The notes beneath the pieces were generated by a model. The model worked only from the letters and a program-made list of their open reading frames with translations, was not told the origin of the DNA and did no database searches. A program made the translations under genes and the position numbers. Shown here piece by piece: positions 1 to 13,362 of a stretch of 64,000 nucleotides of DNA; the stretch's first letter is position 1; each line of letters begins with the position of its first letter. Origin of the DNA: Minutocellus sp. GHC0000111. Its lineage: Eukaryota. Location of the stretch: positions 62,001 to 126,000 of the forward strand of contig OZ361256.1 of assembly GCA_977018835.1 (NCBI GenBank), read 5' to 3'.

Positions 1-2222
1 TCGGGTCACAACGCACAGCACTACATGTTTCTTGATGTAGGAAGAACCCTCAACCGAGATGATGTAGAGCCACCGGCGATCCTAATGACCTTGATCTCTG
101 GCTCCGAGGCCGTGATGGCTGAGAGAATGTCTGATGCAGCGCTTACCGATGACATAATGTCTACGCTGAAGATATTATATTCAGATATGGATGTACCGAC
201 GCCGACGAGTGTTCGAATTACACGATGGGGTGGCAATCAGTTTTCGAGGGGGTGCTACACATTTCTTCCTCCAGGGACTTCTGATCAGGACTACTTCCTT
301 CTTCAGGCTCCGTGTAATTCCAAGGGAGAAGCATTCATGGTAAACAAATCGGAGACAATGCGTCTCTTTTTTTGTGGGGAGCACACTACCAGCCTTCATC
401 CGTCGATGGCCCACGGTGCATATCTCTCCGGCCTTCGAGCTGCGGCGGATGTTTTGAAGTACACAAAGCCAAACGCTGCCAGACCAATCAAGCTGAAGAC
501 ATGTCGATTCCGATATCCATTTATCGACAGAAGAATCCACACGTAGCTCTGACCTGCAATTTATGCTTGCAGCCGGGCAATAGAAAGAGAGAGGGCGCGC
601 TTTTGGCATTTCAGAAGGGAGGACGGAGAAATGCTGCTCATTCCAATTGCGCCGCGACCTGTCCTGAGGTTTCTCTCGAGAAGGGTATCTGGAAGAATGT
701 GACCCGCGCATGCGCTCGAGGGTCAAAGTTGGCGTGCCTCTCGTGTGGCCAAAAGGGGGCGACGATAGGATGCACCTTTGGGACCGACGCTTGTCTCTTA
801 TCGTACCACTTTCGTTGTGCGGAGAATACCGGCTGGAACTTCGATCGCGATGGAAAGGCCTTCTTCTGCGATTTGCACCGTATGTATGCACCCAACTTTT
901 CGAAACTCCGTCTGATATCGAAAGAATTCTATTCTCTGAAGAATCCCAACACGCCCATTGTTTGTTCGCTATGCAAAAATGAGGATGGAGGGGCGGCGAG
1001 TAGCTGTGGCGATCTTCTGGCGTTCCGCCAGGGTGCGAAGCAAATCTTGGCTCATTCGAATTGTCTGCGCCACACCACGGTGGTGAAAACTCTCGTCGAA
1101 GACCCTGTAGGTGAAGACGACGGTGATAGCGGTGTGATGAACCAGGATGAAGAGGATAGTCTCGGTGGTGATGACGTAGAGGAAGAAGAATATCAAAACG
1201 TGTTCGAAGCCTTTGAAGCAGCTAAGCAGTGTGCCGAGTGTGAAGGCTCGGGAGCCACAATTCAATGTTCACGTGAAAACTGCCCTCGTTTCTATCATCT
1301 CATGTGTGCTGAAGACGTGACTGATTGGACATTTGACAGTCGAAAGCGAGGTTTTGTATGTGACCGACATTCAGATCTGACTGATTCGAATGGGTTCGGG
1401 CCAATCAATAACCTGGAGAAGTCCTCTAACGATCACGATCCGACCGATACAAAGAAGCAGCTTCCTGACTCAGAAACAAATGGGAATAGCATCGGCAAAG
1501 ATGGTGCGAGTACCAACGGAAGCAAGCCTTCTACTCCGACCAAACTCCCTGCCTTTTTACAGCATGATCTCTTTTGCAAGGGTGCTGGAACTGTTGGCAA
1601 TAGCACCTCATCATCACACAGATCGCCACGGAAGCGGAACTACAAACCATCAAACGAATACATCTTCCATGCCGCAAGAGACTCTGAAGAGAGCGGTGAG
1701 AATGGAAAATCTTCCAATACTGAAGATAGTCAGGGCAAGACCAACAATATGGATGGCGGACAATCCGTCTCACTTTACGAAAGGGTGCTCACTGAGAGAC
1801 TTACCGTGGATCCCCATCATGCTGACCCCAAAAGGTTTGGTAAGTGGTTCCAAACAACCACAACGGCCAAGAGGGCGGGCACGACAATCCCATGGAATTT
1901 GCAATTATCCGTGGTAGATCATAGCGTCGAATCTTCTGGAGCAGCGGCTGCATCATTGTCGCCTTCATTATCACCTCCTTCTCCGGCTACTCGGCCATTG
2001 ACTCTGGAAGTGGTAGGAGGCAGATCGAATACCAAATACTGTCACGGGCTGGAACCGGGCGACGTCATCGTTGCAATTAACGGGACAAAGATTGGTTCCG
2101 ATGATCTTCCAAACTTTGTTTCCGTGGCCAGCCTCATGCAAACGGGGTTGGAATTGCATCTGGATTTGCTTCGGGAAAAATGCGTTGAAGGGATTGATAG
2201 CCCTGCCGATGCGAACAAATGA
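1..2222 (+). CDS. 3' part of a flavin amine oxidase (LSD1/PAO-like) fused to two extended PHD-type zinc fingers and a C-terminal PDZ-like domain; 5'-partial, one frameshift near 480
   Basis: ORF 25-546 has amine oxidase C-terminal motifs (ITRWGGNQFSRGCYT, RLFFCGEHT, AHGAYLSGLRAA). Overlapping ORF 372-2222 has two CxxC...HSNC...CxxC...GATI-C...YHxxCA...FxCDxH modules and GLEPGDVIVAING (PDZ-like). Confidence 0.75.
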
Positions 2223-2538
2223 ATGACCATATTGTGCCAATCTAGCTAGCTCTAGTATGCCGGCGTACCTTTGGCCCTAGCTACGTAGCTAGATACAGTG
2301 GCAAACGATAATAATTAACTTTAACTTTATATAAAACATTAATCTTTTAAAATCTCTTTTCGTAACTCTTGATATGCTGCCGAAAGATCATTTCCCTTGT
2401 CTTCAGCTACCGATAGAGAGATGGAGAGAAGTCGTCCTTGCCTCGACTCTTCAAAAGTAGGCACGACCTGCTACACGTACTACTAGACTAGTAAGACATT
2501 TTCAACGTATGGCATCGAGTCGATGATCCGTGTCGAGT

Positions 2539-3513
2539 CTAAACAGAAGTTGCTTCCGCCTCGGCCGCCTCGGCCATGGCGACGACTTCAGCGACGGCTT
2601 CGGCGGCGGCACTCTCGGCGGCGGAAGTGTCGGCAGCGCTGGCGGTGGCCTCGGCGGCGACACTTTCCTTGTAGTGCGAGGCGCACATGAAGTTGCACCG
2701 CGATCCCTGGCTCTGCTTGGGACAGTCCGCCACGGAGCAGAGCGGATGATGACCGCCGTTGGGATTGCGGCGGACCTTGCGCGGCCGGCCGCCGGACGAG
2801 GCAGCAGCAGCCGGCGGCACCCGGATGCATTTGACTTCGCCACCGTTCTGCTTCAGCTCCTCCTTGTAGTGAGCGGCGCACATGTTGTTGCACCTGCCGC
2901 CCTGACTCTGCTTGGGGCAGCCCTCCTTCTTGCACAGCGGGTGGTGCGACTTCCTCTTGGCACCACTGGCATTGGGAGCTTTGGCGGCGGTAGTACCAGA
3001 AGCGGCGGCGGCGGCGATGTCGGCGTCGGTGACATTGCCGGCGGAAAGCTTGCCGCCGGTGCCGATGGAGGGGATGACACCGCCGTTGTTGGCCTTGACC
3101 TCCTCGTTGTAGTGCGCGGCGCACATGTAGTTGCATCGGCCGCCCTGGCTCTGCTTGGGACAGCCGTCCTTCTTGCAGAGCGTCCGGCGCTGTCCTCCGC
3201 CGTCCATCTTGAGCCGTTCTCCCGCGGCGCCCATCCCGACCATGGTGGCGGCCGCCAGGGACTTCTTCTTGAAGTCCTTGGCCTGGTCGGGGTTGGCCGC
3301 CATCCACTCCTTGAAGTGGAGGCGGCACATCTGCTTGTTCCGGCCGCCCTGGCTCTGCTTGGTGCAGTCGGCGACGGAGCAGCGCCTGCGGTTGCGGTTG
3401 CCGCCGGCGAAGCCACCAGCAGTCGCAGCGTCGACTGCTACTGGCGCTGTGCCGGTGGTGCCGAGGGCCGGCATTTCGGGCTCGGCGGCATCGGTAGGGT
3501 TGGATGATGACAT
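2539..3513 (-). CDS. Protein with four C-x4-C...C-x2-H zinc-finger-like repeats (stramenopile WRKY19-like repeat type)
   Basis: 324-aa ORF with four copies of C-x4-C(T/P)KQSQG(G/S)R...MC-x2-H separated by Ala/Gly-rich linkers. Confidence 0.8.
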   Translation of the reverse strand: MSSSNPTDAAEPEMPALGTTGTAPVAVDAATAGGFAGGNRNRRRCSVADCTKQSQGGRNKQMCRLHFKEWMAANPDQAKDFKKKSLAAATMVGMGAAGERLKMDGGGQRRTLCKKDGCPKQSQGGRCNYMCAAHYNEEVKANNGGVIPSIGTGGKLSAGNVTDADIAAAAASGTTAAKAPNASGAKRKSHHPLCKKEGCPKQSQGGRCNNMCAAHYKEELKQNGGEVKCIRVPPAAAASSGGRPRKVRRNPNGGHHPLCSVADCPKQSQGSRCNFMCASHYKESVAAEATASAADTSAAESAAAEAVAEVVAMAEAAEAEATSV

Positions 3514-3852
3514 GTTGATGCTTGTAGTAGATATCTTGGGACGAATTTGAATTCCTCTTGCGAATTTGACTGTTGGAGTTTCTTGCTTTCCGAGAGAGAT
3601 TGATTATGTGCTGGAATATCTCAAGGAGCGATCGATCGAATTACGTCGAAAAATGAGAACTGAACAATATTCCAAAACAAACAGAGATGCTTATTGCATT
3701 GACTGGGTATCTCGGTATCCACCTTTGGAGTTCGAGTGCACAACACAGCGTACGTATCTTGGGTGGTATGGTGCCGTATCGTTGGATTGTGAGGTTGTTG
3801 ACTGTGCTTGTTTGTTGCGTGCCGAGAGAGGCGAAGGCGGAACTGACGGTTA

Positions 3853-6112
3853 CCTTTCGAGTTCAGAGGATTTGAAAGTGACGTGATGATGACGTATTAG
3901 AAACACGACCACACCAGACCAAAAATCCAAGCTCACTTTTTCTAACTCCGAGGAATAAATGACGGTCAAGATGGAAGTCGGGGCAAGAACCAAGTTATGG
4001 TCACCAACTTCTACATATAGTCGAGAGATATTGTGCACCAGAACCAATAAATGTACATTATGTGATGATTTTTTTCGACATTTGCATTCCTCACCCCGGG
4101 AAAAAATACATTTTTGGAAGCACCAAAAATCAAAATGAAATGAATAGAAATGGACATGCTATGATAAGTTATAGCAAATCAATGACTCCATCGTCTTCAT
4201 CATTTTCATCTATGTCGTCCTCAATGTCATCATCTTCGCCGGGAGCATCAATTGGCCAGAGTGGTTCACCATCCTCTTCAGCTTCTTCCTCGGCAATTTT
4301 TGCGAGACCAGCCTTTCCCCGTCTGGTCTCCACAAGATTGTTACCGCCACGACTTCTCTTGATGTTGTTATGTGTCACTGGAAGTTTTCCAAATACATTG
4401 AGAAAGGCCTCTTTTGATGCGACATTGGCCCATACTTTCATCACAGTCTTGTCAAGAGCATTCGCATCATTCTTCTGACCGACCGCGATGCTCCTTTTCG
4501 ACGGCCGACTGCAAAGACATCCAGATGCCGAGATCAAGAACATTTGTCTCGGGCGACCGAGGAACCTGCTGGATTATCTCAATCTTATATTTGTTTTTGA
4601 GGTCCTCGGTGTACTTCTCAACTGCTTCATTGGACCCATATGACCGCCGGCATTGTCCATCATAAGACATATAACATCAGACTCCTGAATGAACATGTTG
4701 TCAATCTCTCTGCGTGTTGCGATCCAACAAACCACCCTCGGACTGCAAGTCAAGTGCATCGGCAAAAACTGCGAGTTGTCGTAGTTGGCCAAGGTCCACA
4801 TCGAAAAGCTCTCTCAAGTGCTGCCGCTGCACCTTGATTGCGAGCTTCTGATCTCCAATGGCAGCGACGTGATGCAACAAAGTCGAGGCCGAGAGCGACC
4901 TTTACCTGTTCATCAATGTCACTGGAGGTGGCACAGACAACGGAAGTATCGGCTCCTCCTAAACCTTCATCATTGGGGGAGGCTGCAGCTGCTTCAGTGG
5001 CGGAAGTATCACCAGTTCCCTTCAGTATGCTGAGGAGACTTGCTGGCATCCAACCCAGTTTCTTGGCCTCGTCGACTAGTGATTTTGCTCTTGCTTCGCA
5101 ATGCGCTGACTGCACCTCCTTTCTGTGAGCTGACAACCTCTCACCTAGCTTAGTAGCTAAGACAGTCGAGCGCCCACCAGAGAACAGAACTTCATCGGGA
5201 TTTCTTTTCTCGTGCACCTTCTGTCCCTCCGGTCCAGAGAATTTCGGGTGGTTGTCCTCCTTCTTTTTACGCAACCTGTGAGCACAAACACAAAGCGCCC
5301 TGCGTCTTGTCTTCCCTCTCGGCCGATGCGTCGACAAGTGCAACTTCAAACTGCAATGCTCCTTGAGATGTTGCTGCATATCCTTCCATTTTTCCTCGTT
5401 GTACTGTAGCTCATACTTTCCTCCACCGACGGACTTGGAACGCAACAAGTCGGCCTCGATGAAAGCAGGGAGGACGTCTTCCCATTTCTGCCGAGAACCA
5501 ACACAAATGTCATCTTTGCCGCAGGAATCGGGGGTTACTCTCCACCACAGATCCTTACCAGCCCTTCGAATGACATCTGCTGCAAGGAGAAAGGCCATGG
5601 GGATAGGAGGAGGGGGCGTCCTCTTCTTCGCCGACGACGGTGACGGTTTGGCGCGGGGGCGAATTTGACCGTGGCCGCTTCTTCGACGTGTTTGCGCTCG
5701 GCGATGGTGTTTTCGGCTCAGCTGCCGCCTTCCTGGATGCCTATGTGTTGCCTCTCTTGCTCCCTGAGAACGAAGTTCTGCTGCGTTTGTATTTTTTGGG
5801 CGTGGTCTGGTTGGTCGTCGTCATCGTCACAAAATTTGCGGGTTGCGGTGTGAGAGGGGGTGTGCGGGGGACCAAAAAATATATGTGTTCCTGCCAGAAT
5901 CTACTGGACCTGCGAATTCAGTGGATACTACTGGTCGGTGGCAACCTACTGAATGAGCAGGTCCAGTAGACACGAGTTGAGGAGTATTTGCGTTCCTCCC
6001 GAAGAGAATGTCGACTAACAAAACACGTGGTGGGAAATGAGAAATGGGTGCAAGAATGACCTTTTTTAGGGGTTATTGGTATACCCTCTACAAATCCTCT
6101 GAAACCGAAAGG
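3853..6112 (-). mobile_element. Degenerate Tc1/mariner DNA transposon (DD39D-type) with TA target-site duplication
   Basis: Left end TA|CCTTTCGAGTTCAGAGGATTTG (3851-3874) and right end CAAATCCTCTGAAACCGAAAGG|TA (6091-6114) form a 22-bp TIR with 2 mismatches. Transposase remnants lie inside. Confidence 0.9.
4169..5598 (-). pseudogene. Broken mariner-type transposase
   Basis: MDNAGGH...QVPRSPETNVLDLGIW; 39 residues separate the two Asp once a 2-bp insertion near 4640 is corrected. Several frameshifts; the first catalytic Asp region appears deleted near 4710. Confidence 0.8.
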
Positions 6113-6331
6113 TACGTTTGCTTCGCGTACGTACGTGAAATGGTTCCGGGTTTCTTTTGACTTCTGTTTTCCGTCTTTCCTTCGTCCGTCTTGCGCGTTC
6201 GGCGACTGTCGTGCGTGCCGTATCTTCCAAAAACCGACACATCATACTAGTAGCTATGCCGCTCCATGCATGAGCTGGTAGAAGTGTACTCTAGCTAGCT
6301 AGAGTAAGTAAAGCGAAAGCTTCAACAAACC

Positions 6332-9300
6332 ATGACGGAAGGCGGGGCTCCACCTCAACCTCCGGCGCCGGCATCCGGCGCTCCGAAGCCGGCTCCCAAG
6401 CTGAAAATCCGGGCCCCGACACCCTCGGTCTCCACCGCCGCTGCTGCTGCGACTGCTACTACGGGTAATGCTGCTGCCACTGCCGCAAGTGCTGCAGGTG
6501 CTACCGCCAGTACGAGTACTGGTACTAGCAGTGCAGCAGCGGCGGCGGTAGCGGCGGCGCAGGGACCATCGACCAAGCAGGGCATTCCCTCGCCCCGTCC
6601 TCCGAGCGGTACTCGTCCGGAACGATACGATCCACGTGAGAATGAGGCCGACAATGAGCCAACACTCTTGCCCGGCAATGGAGCGACGCCCTACCTCCGC
6701 CTGCTGCACCAGCGGACCGAGCTCAGCTTGGCCTACCAGGACGGTTGTTGGGAGTACGGTGGCGAAACGACGCTATGGTTGGTCGACGAGGGAACGTACG
6801 GGAGTGACGCCAGTGGTGGTGTTGCCAAGGCGCCGATGCCACGTCCTCCTGCTTCTGCTTCGGGTGCTGCTGCTGGTGCTACAGCTGGCGGTGCTTCTTC
6901 GACAACTCCCGCCAAATCGGGTGCCGCCGCCGTTGTTGCTCCAACTCCTCCACCCCAAAAGAGGAGGGAGCTGGCCCTCCACCTGCGCGGCGGATGTCGC
7001 GTGGAATCGGTCAATGTGGAGAGCTGCATTGTCACGGCAAAGACAGTGACGATGACGACGGCGACGGCAGCATCGTCATCACCAGCAGCAGATGCAACCA
7101 CTGGTGCTACGAGTACTGCTAGTAATGCTGGTGAAGCAAATACGGAAGCAGCAAAGGGTGAGAGTCCAGCCGCTCCTGCTGCTGCTAGTTGTGCCCCCAC
7201 CGTCACCACATCGGCGTCGATGCAGCCCATTCCTTCCGAATTCGTCCACTTTGACCCTCTGCAGACGGTGCTGCGGAAACCGGTGTCGTCGTATACGGCC
7301 GATGAGTTTGAAGCCGAGATGATGGAAGCGGCGCGCAATGATGATAATGGTGATAATGGTGGTGATGCTTTGTTGGGAGATGATGAGCCCGGCATTCGAA
7401 AGGGTCGATGCCACGCCGATACGCAATGCGCAAGGGGTGGATCAGGCATGATGGACGCCATCCGTCTCGCGAGCGCTGCCAGTCGGAATGGAGAGCTGCG
7501 CATACTGGTGGGAGATGTATCGCCGGCAGATGGTGGTCAAAAGGAAACGGAAGCCAAACGTCCTCCTGCACCCGCGGCAGAGGTTGCCGCCGCCGCGCGC
7601 AAGTCGGCCAGTGACGTTTGGGCGGCTTCCCTCAATCGTCTCTCCGTCCTCCGATCTGGTCCGCCGTCGATGCCGGGACGGATCGTCCGGCGCCTCCGAA
7701 GTCGCCTGTCCGATCGATGCGAGAAGCGTCGAGACGGTCGGATCAAGCTCGTTTCGGATAGGATGGCCAGCATGACGGTGACTAGCACGGATATTTTGGC
7801 ATCTGAAACGGATGGTGGTAAGGTCAAGGATATGTTCGTCCCCTCTGCGCTCAAGGTTACTGTCCGATTTGTACTCCCGTCTCTTCCGCCTGGTCTAAGC
7901 CATCACGCTGGTGGCATTCACTTTGTGGCGCCTGCCATCAGTGCTAGTATCAATGGGCAGGATGAAGCCTCTGCAACCACTGCTATCAGCCCTCACGTAT
8001 ACACCACGGTGGGTATACATGGGGACCATGAGGGACCACGATCGTGGCTTCCGACACTAGATTCTGCTTCCTCCAAGCATAGGGCCAGCCATGAGCTGAC
8101 TGTAAAGATGACTGCCCAGGAGGAAGAGGGACTGTGGAGCGCAGGATTTGGCGAAGATTTTGGGTGCGGAGAAGGTGTAGGGCATTGTGTCTTCCCTCCC
8201 CGCTCTTGCTTGGATGCTCCGGAATCAGGCGAGATCGATGCTGGGCAGGCACCAGTAGTCGATGGCAAAAGCAGCGGGGCCGACGACATTGCTATTAGGC
8301 ATCAAAGCATTGGGCAGAGGGTGAGGGAAGCCCTATCAAAGGCGCTCGGAACTAGACATGTTGATTTTTGCATCAAGTTTTTCCATGGGCTACCATCTTC
8401 GAGGCCCATTTCTTTGTCGAATGGAGTGAATATGCCGCACATCATCCCTCTCGATGTAAACGAGGAGCCCCATCAGTCACACAGGCTTGTCACATCCCTC
8501 TGGACGACAGCCTCGTGGTCGCCCATCCCAGCGCGATCTCTTGGATTTGCCACGGGGCCCTTTAGGGCTCTCTATGATCCTGAATACTACACTCACGATG
8601 AAGATGACAATGATGAGGAAGAAGAGGATACTGATGTGAAAAAGAGGAGTGTGGCGGGACACCGTGGTGGCGACAGTGGAGATATCGACACAAATTCGAG
8701 GTCCGGGGGCAGATCAGTCCCCCGACCGTCGAAGAGCTTGCTATGGTTCGAGCCGAGGGCATCAGACAGCTGTACTTTGCAATCAAATCGGAGCGAAAGG
8801 ATATCTACTTCAATGCGCCTGATATTGTGGGCTTAGCTGAGCTGTTTGATGAAGTTCTTGGTCCAGACAGTGACCTCGGCGGTGGTGGTACCAGCAGCGG
8901 AATTTTGTCGGTTTTTGCCTCCTATCACTTCCATTGTCAGCGCCGAAGCAGAATGCCGTCGCATACTCCAACTCGACCGGCACTATTGCAGCAACGTCTT
9001 GACATCGAAACAGCGATCATTCGCTCTACCTCTGGCGTTCCCAACCGTGCGCTGTCCCTTACGAGAGATGTACTGGCATTACCATCGTACCGTTCCTCGA
9101 GTCATACGCAAATTTGGATTCCAGGAGCTGTCGCTGGTGGTACGACAAGGGGCTCATTGAATGATTGTCCTGAGACCTGCGGCTCCAACCCATTCCTTGG
9201 TGGTGCGGTGTTTGATTCCGCACTCCTTCCGCCGCCAGGACATCGACTGCCCTTTCATTGCGGCGGACGGGTACTACAGCTTGCCCAAGCACGCGCGGCG

Positions 9301-12300
9301 ATCCGAGGGTGGATTGTTGCCGCTCTACCCCTTGGAAGTCAAGATGATATTGGCCAGGGATATCTGCACTGTCTGATTGAGTCGGTCTTAATGGGCCTGT
9401 ATGAAAAGGGACACGGCGCTTGGGGTGAGGGGGGGCAAGAGGCTCTTTTTATTTCTCCCCTCGATTCGCTATCGGAAGCGGCCTCAACAGCCCATGTCTC
9501 GACTTCCTTCCTCTATCCAATGTTGACGAAGATGCGGATGGAGGTATGCTTGGAGGTGGTGTTGCCGCGGTGCCTACTGAAGATAAGGGTCACCTTTGGA
9601 GGTCTGTAGCCAATGGTACCGAGTCTCACACTGGTTCTCTCGACGAATACTCTTTGAGACATTTACTAATGAGAGATGTTCTTGACTATTTGGAGCGCCA
9701 GGACCGAGATGTACCACTTCCGAGCAACAACTGGCTTGGTTCGCGGCTGTCGGCAACATTTTTGAGCAGCAATAGCACTTCTTCTTCGGCGATAGGGTGC
9801 GGAGCGCTTGAATTGGTACACCCAATGGGAGGCATTGTTTTCCGTCACCTAAAGACGGAGGTGCTTCGAAGAGTAGTGGAGGGAAGGGCAGGCCTCAACA
9901 ATCTTGTTCGAGTAATTCGAGCTGCATTCGCAGCCGCACTCCTTGAAGATGCTGGCGAGACGAAACTAACTCTTCCACAGGAGGAAGATAAGAAGCGCAA
10001 GAAAAAGAAGAAGCCTGTGCACTCTGCAACTCCAGATGCGACTGCCGCCAGTTCTGCCGAGGCGCCGGCCACGCCAGCTGCGGCCTCAAGCGCTGCTGTC
10101 CCCTCCGCCGCTCAAGACTATGCTCGACCAATGCCACCGTATGCAACATGCGTCGATGAGCTCATCAAGAAGGGTGGACTGACGCATATGACATTTGCTC
10201 GCGCCTTGAGGATGCTGTCCGGACCAGTCCGTGAACCATATCTCCGTGGCTCTCTCATTGACGTGGATCGAGATGTCTCGAACAAATTTGGACAGTCGAC
10301 TCGGCAACTCGTAGAGCCTGAGAGCTTCCCCAACTCATTTGTGCGCGGTGCATCATCACTTTACCTGCGTGTCGGGGTCCACGTCGAACCAGCTGGTGGA
10401 GGCGGGGCATCCGACACCGCGGGAGGTGGCTCTGGTCCTCTGGCCATGAAAGGGACGTCCCTCGTAGTTTTCGTTGAGCCTGTCGTCCCAATGGGAGGAA
10501 TCAACTATGGGGGTCCCATTACAATTCGAGTCATTGAAAATGAAGGACAGTGCCGTGAATTTGTCAAGACGGTACCTGTTGATGGTAGCAGAGCCGATTG
10601 GGGACCAATTTTTTACATGCCAAACCCGTCACGACCCAGAAACAGCAAACGGCGGCCACTGGAACGATTGAAAGTGGAGCAAGTGGTCCCAAGTCTCCTG
10701 GTGCGGCATCGGGGGCGGCTGGTGGTGGTTCCTCGGCCTCTGGGGGAACCGATCCTACGGAAGGAAGCGCAAGAGCTGCCCTCCCCTCCCAGTCCATCTT
10801 CACACCAGACACCATGCTTCATAGCATGGGCTATCAGGCGATAGAGCTCATTCGTCTCACGAACCGAACTCCTCTTCTTTGGGTCAGCATTGACCCTCAC
10901 TTCATGTATGATGGTCGTGTATCGATCTTTCAGCCCGATAGCTGCCTTGCGGAGAAGCTCTTTCATGATGGAGAGGCAATTTCGCAGGTTGAATCCATCA
11001 GAGCGCTTGCAGAACGGCCCCATCGCATTCAAGGCTCGGTTCAGGTCAAGACGATCTTTGACGTCGACGTTGCAGAGCTTCCCGTCCGAGTGCTGGGCGA
11101 TTGCCTTCGCGGCTCGGCGACACTTCAGCGAGATCTGCCTCACACCCCAGCAGTGAGAGTTCAAGCAGCACTAGCAATTGCACAATGGCAGAACAATAAA
11201 GCCCCTGACTCCATTGATATTGTTGGGGGAGATGCATGGGTCGGACTTGATCTTCTCCTGCAATATTTCAAGGAACGATGGATGAATGGCGACACAGTCA
11301 TGCCCGTCCATTATACCCGCACAGTCTGCAAGACAGCAAAGAAAAAGAATCTTGGAGGAGATAATGTGGGCGATGAAAGGTCTGCAATGGGTGACTACAT
11401 TTATCTCGACTCCATGACGGAGCCATCGGAGCGTGCGAGCATGATTGAATTGGCGGAGGCAGTCCAGTTCGAGGAGGACGAAGAATATCGCGTCCGTTCG
11501 GCAGTAATTACAGCCATCGCCTCAATTCGAGCAAAGGATGGTCGTACGCCGCCTGCTGTCATTCGATTCCTTACTAACATTCTGAGCTCAGGAGATGGAT
11601 CTATTTCGGGAAATATCATCCCACCCAGCGAGGACAGCCTTGTCCGGAAGAAGCGTCTTCGCCGTAGTATTGATCAAGAAGATAAGGGCGATGATGATCA
11701 AGCTGATAGCTCTGACTGGACAGAGGACCTCATGGACGCTCCTTATGTATCTGCGACATCGCTGGCAGATTCACTTCTGGCCTTGTGCCATGTCAATGTC
11801 CGCCCTGCTCAACCGGACGATCCCGCAGTAGGAGGACCTGGTACTACGAGTATTCCTTCGTTCCAGCATCCAATTTTGCCGCTGATGGCGCTGTGCCATC
11901 GTTGGCTGGAGTGGGATCTCTACAGAGAAGATGTGAGGCTGGAGGCTGAGGCCGATACCATGACCGGAGTCGGATCGGGCTGCTATTCTACTGTATCAGC
12001 ATGCGCCATCACTGCTCTCGTATCCTTGGCGCTTTTGCGTCAAAGCACAAGCGATGCAGGACCCGCCGAGGTCCCAGCAGCAGCAGACATCAAGCACAAT
12101 GCGAGCAGTGGGTCACCATCTAAACGCAAGATCCACGATGACGATAATCATCACACAAAAGCAGAACAAGCATCCACCGCCAGATACTATGCTGAAATTT
12201 TCGATAGCAGACCTGTGCGAGCAGATGCGACAAGGGCAGCTGCGGCTCAGGCTGTCACCTGTATATGCTGCGCGGCAGATCGCCTCAATGACCAAAGTAC

Positions 12301-13238
12301 TGATTCTCTTGGCCTCCTTACCGCTCTAGGACAGAATTCAAGAACCCACAACATCCCCCGGGTTGCGCCAGTCTCTCGTTGCTTTGATGTTTGATGCATG
12401 CACCGGAAAAGTTTGCTCGATGCAAAGAGCAGCAATCGTCGGCGGGAGGAATGATCTTTGCACCAGTTCCTCTCGATTTACACAGGGTCCACTTGGAGCC
12501 AGCCATGGTGGAGACAATGGCAGTGCTTTTCTACTATCTGTTTCTGAGGATACATACCCGGCTGCGAACGCGGTAAACGATGGCGCCAGACAAGGCCTGC
12601 GTACGATGAAAATGGCTGGACGAGATCAAGCATCGAGCGACGTTACTGTTGTTCGTGTTGCCAGATTTGCAACAACGCTTTGGAGGACAATCAACGGAGA
12701 AACATCTCCCACAACCGCAAGGGAATCGTCTAAGCCCGGAGTCTGCTCACAGGACGGACAACTTCGATGCAGTCTCCTTTCCCTTTGGCAGTGGATTTGG
12801 TCCAAAACCTGCATTGCCGTCCTCAGGGTGCAGTCCTGGGATGGCATCGCCGGAACAAAGCGGTACCTCGAGCTCGGTGCTGACAAAGTTATGAAATTTA
12901 CGGCGGAAGAGAAGGATGCATTGAAAGAAGAAGAGAATGCTTGCATGGGGCTGAAGGCAATTGCCGATAGCGAGATTGATCGACAGAGATGGCGAGGAGA
13001 AATGTCCAAACGCTCGTTCGAATTCCACAAGAGTGAAAAGGCGGCGGCCCCAAACGTCGCTGTCGAAACACTCACAAGCACCAGCCAAGATATTGGCAAA
13101 CCGCTGCCGTTGGTTGCCAAGGATGCCGCCTGGAGGAGTGGAGGATGGGTAGCAAGTACAGCGCAGCAGAGACGAGCAAAAGGTCTCGATGGAGGAAGTG
13201 CTATCACGAAGATCCGATTGACGGTGGCAAAGTCCTAA
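6332..13238 (+). CDS. TAF2: TFIID subunit 2 (TAF2)-like protein, split by four frameshifts (about 8710, 9430, 10610, 12330)
   Basis: Consecutive overlapping ORFs. M1-aminopeptidase-like scaffold motifs (GPRSWLPTLDS, PIPARSLGFATGPF) and TAF2-like C-terminal motifs (PLLWVSIDP, LFHDGEAISQVESIRAL, VRVQAALAIA). Three of the shifts are at homopolymer runs. Confidence 0.75.
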
Positions 13239-13362
13239 TTTTTGCAGAAAGGTGTATGATATCGCTGTCCAGGGATTGCTTGCAAGTCCGGAACATAGAT
13301 AACTGAGTGTCGTACGAATTCCGTCTTATGTAGTTCTTTTATAAATTGCGCATATTTTGTAT

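Noticed and set aside
2530..3507. Long antisense ORFs (2530-3507, 21721-22623, 38261-39316 and others)
   Set aside because: Shadows of GC-rich or TpA-poor coding sequence on the other strand, with no recognisable motifs. TpA loss removes stop codons and lengthens spurious ORFs in the retroelement.
6332..13238. Programmed frameshifting or pseudogenisation of TAF2 (also LIG1, the zinc-finger gene and the CHAT gene)
   Set aside because: Most shifts fall in homopolymer runs (e.g. G-run near 9430, T-run near 10610, C-run near 48985) in otherwise intact conserved genes. Sequencing indels are the simpler explanation.
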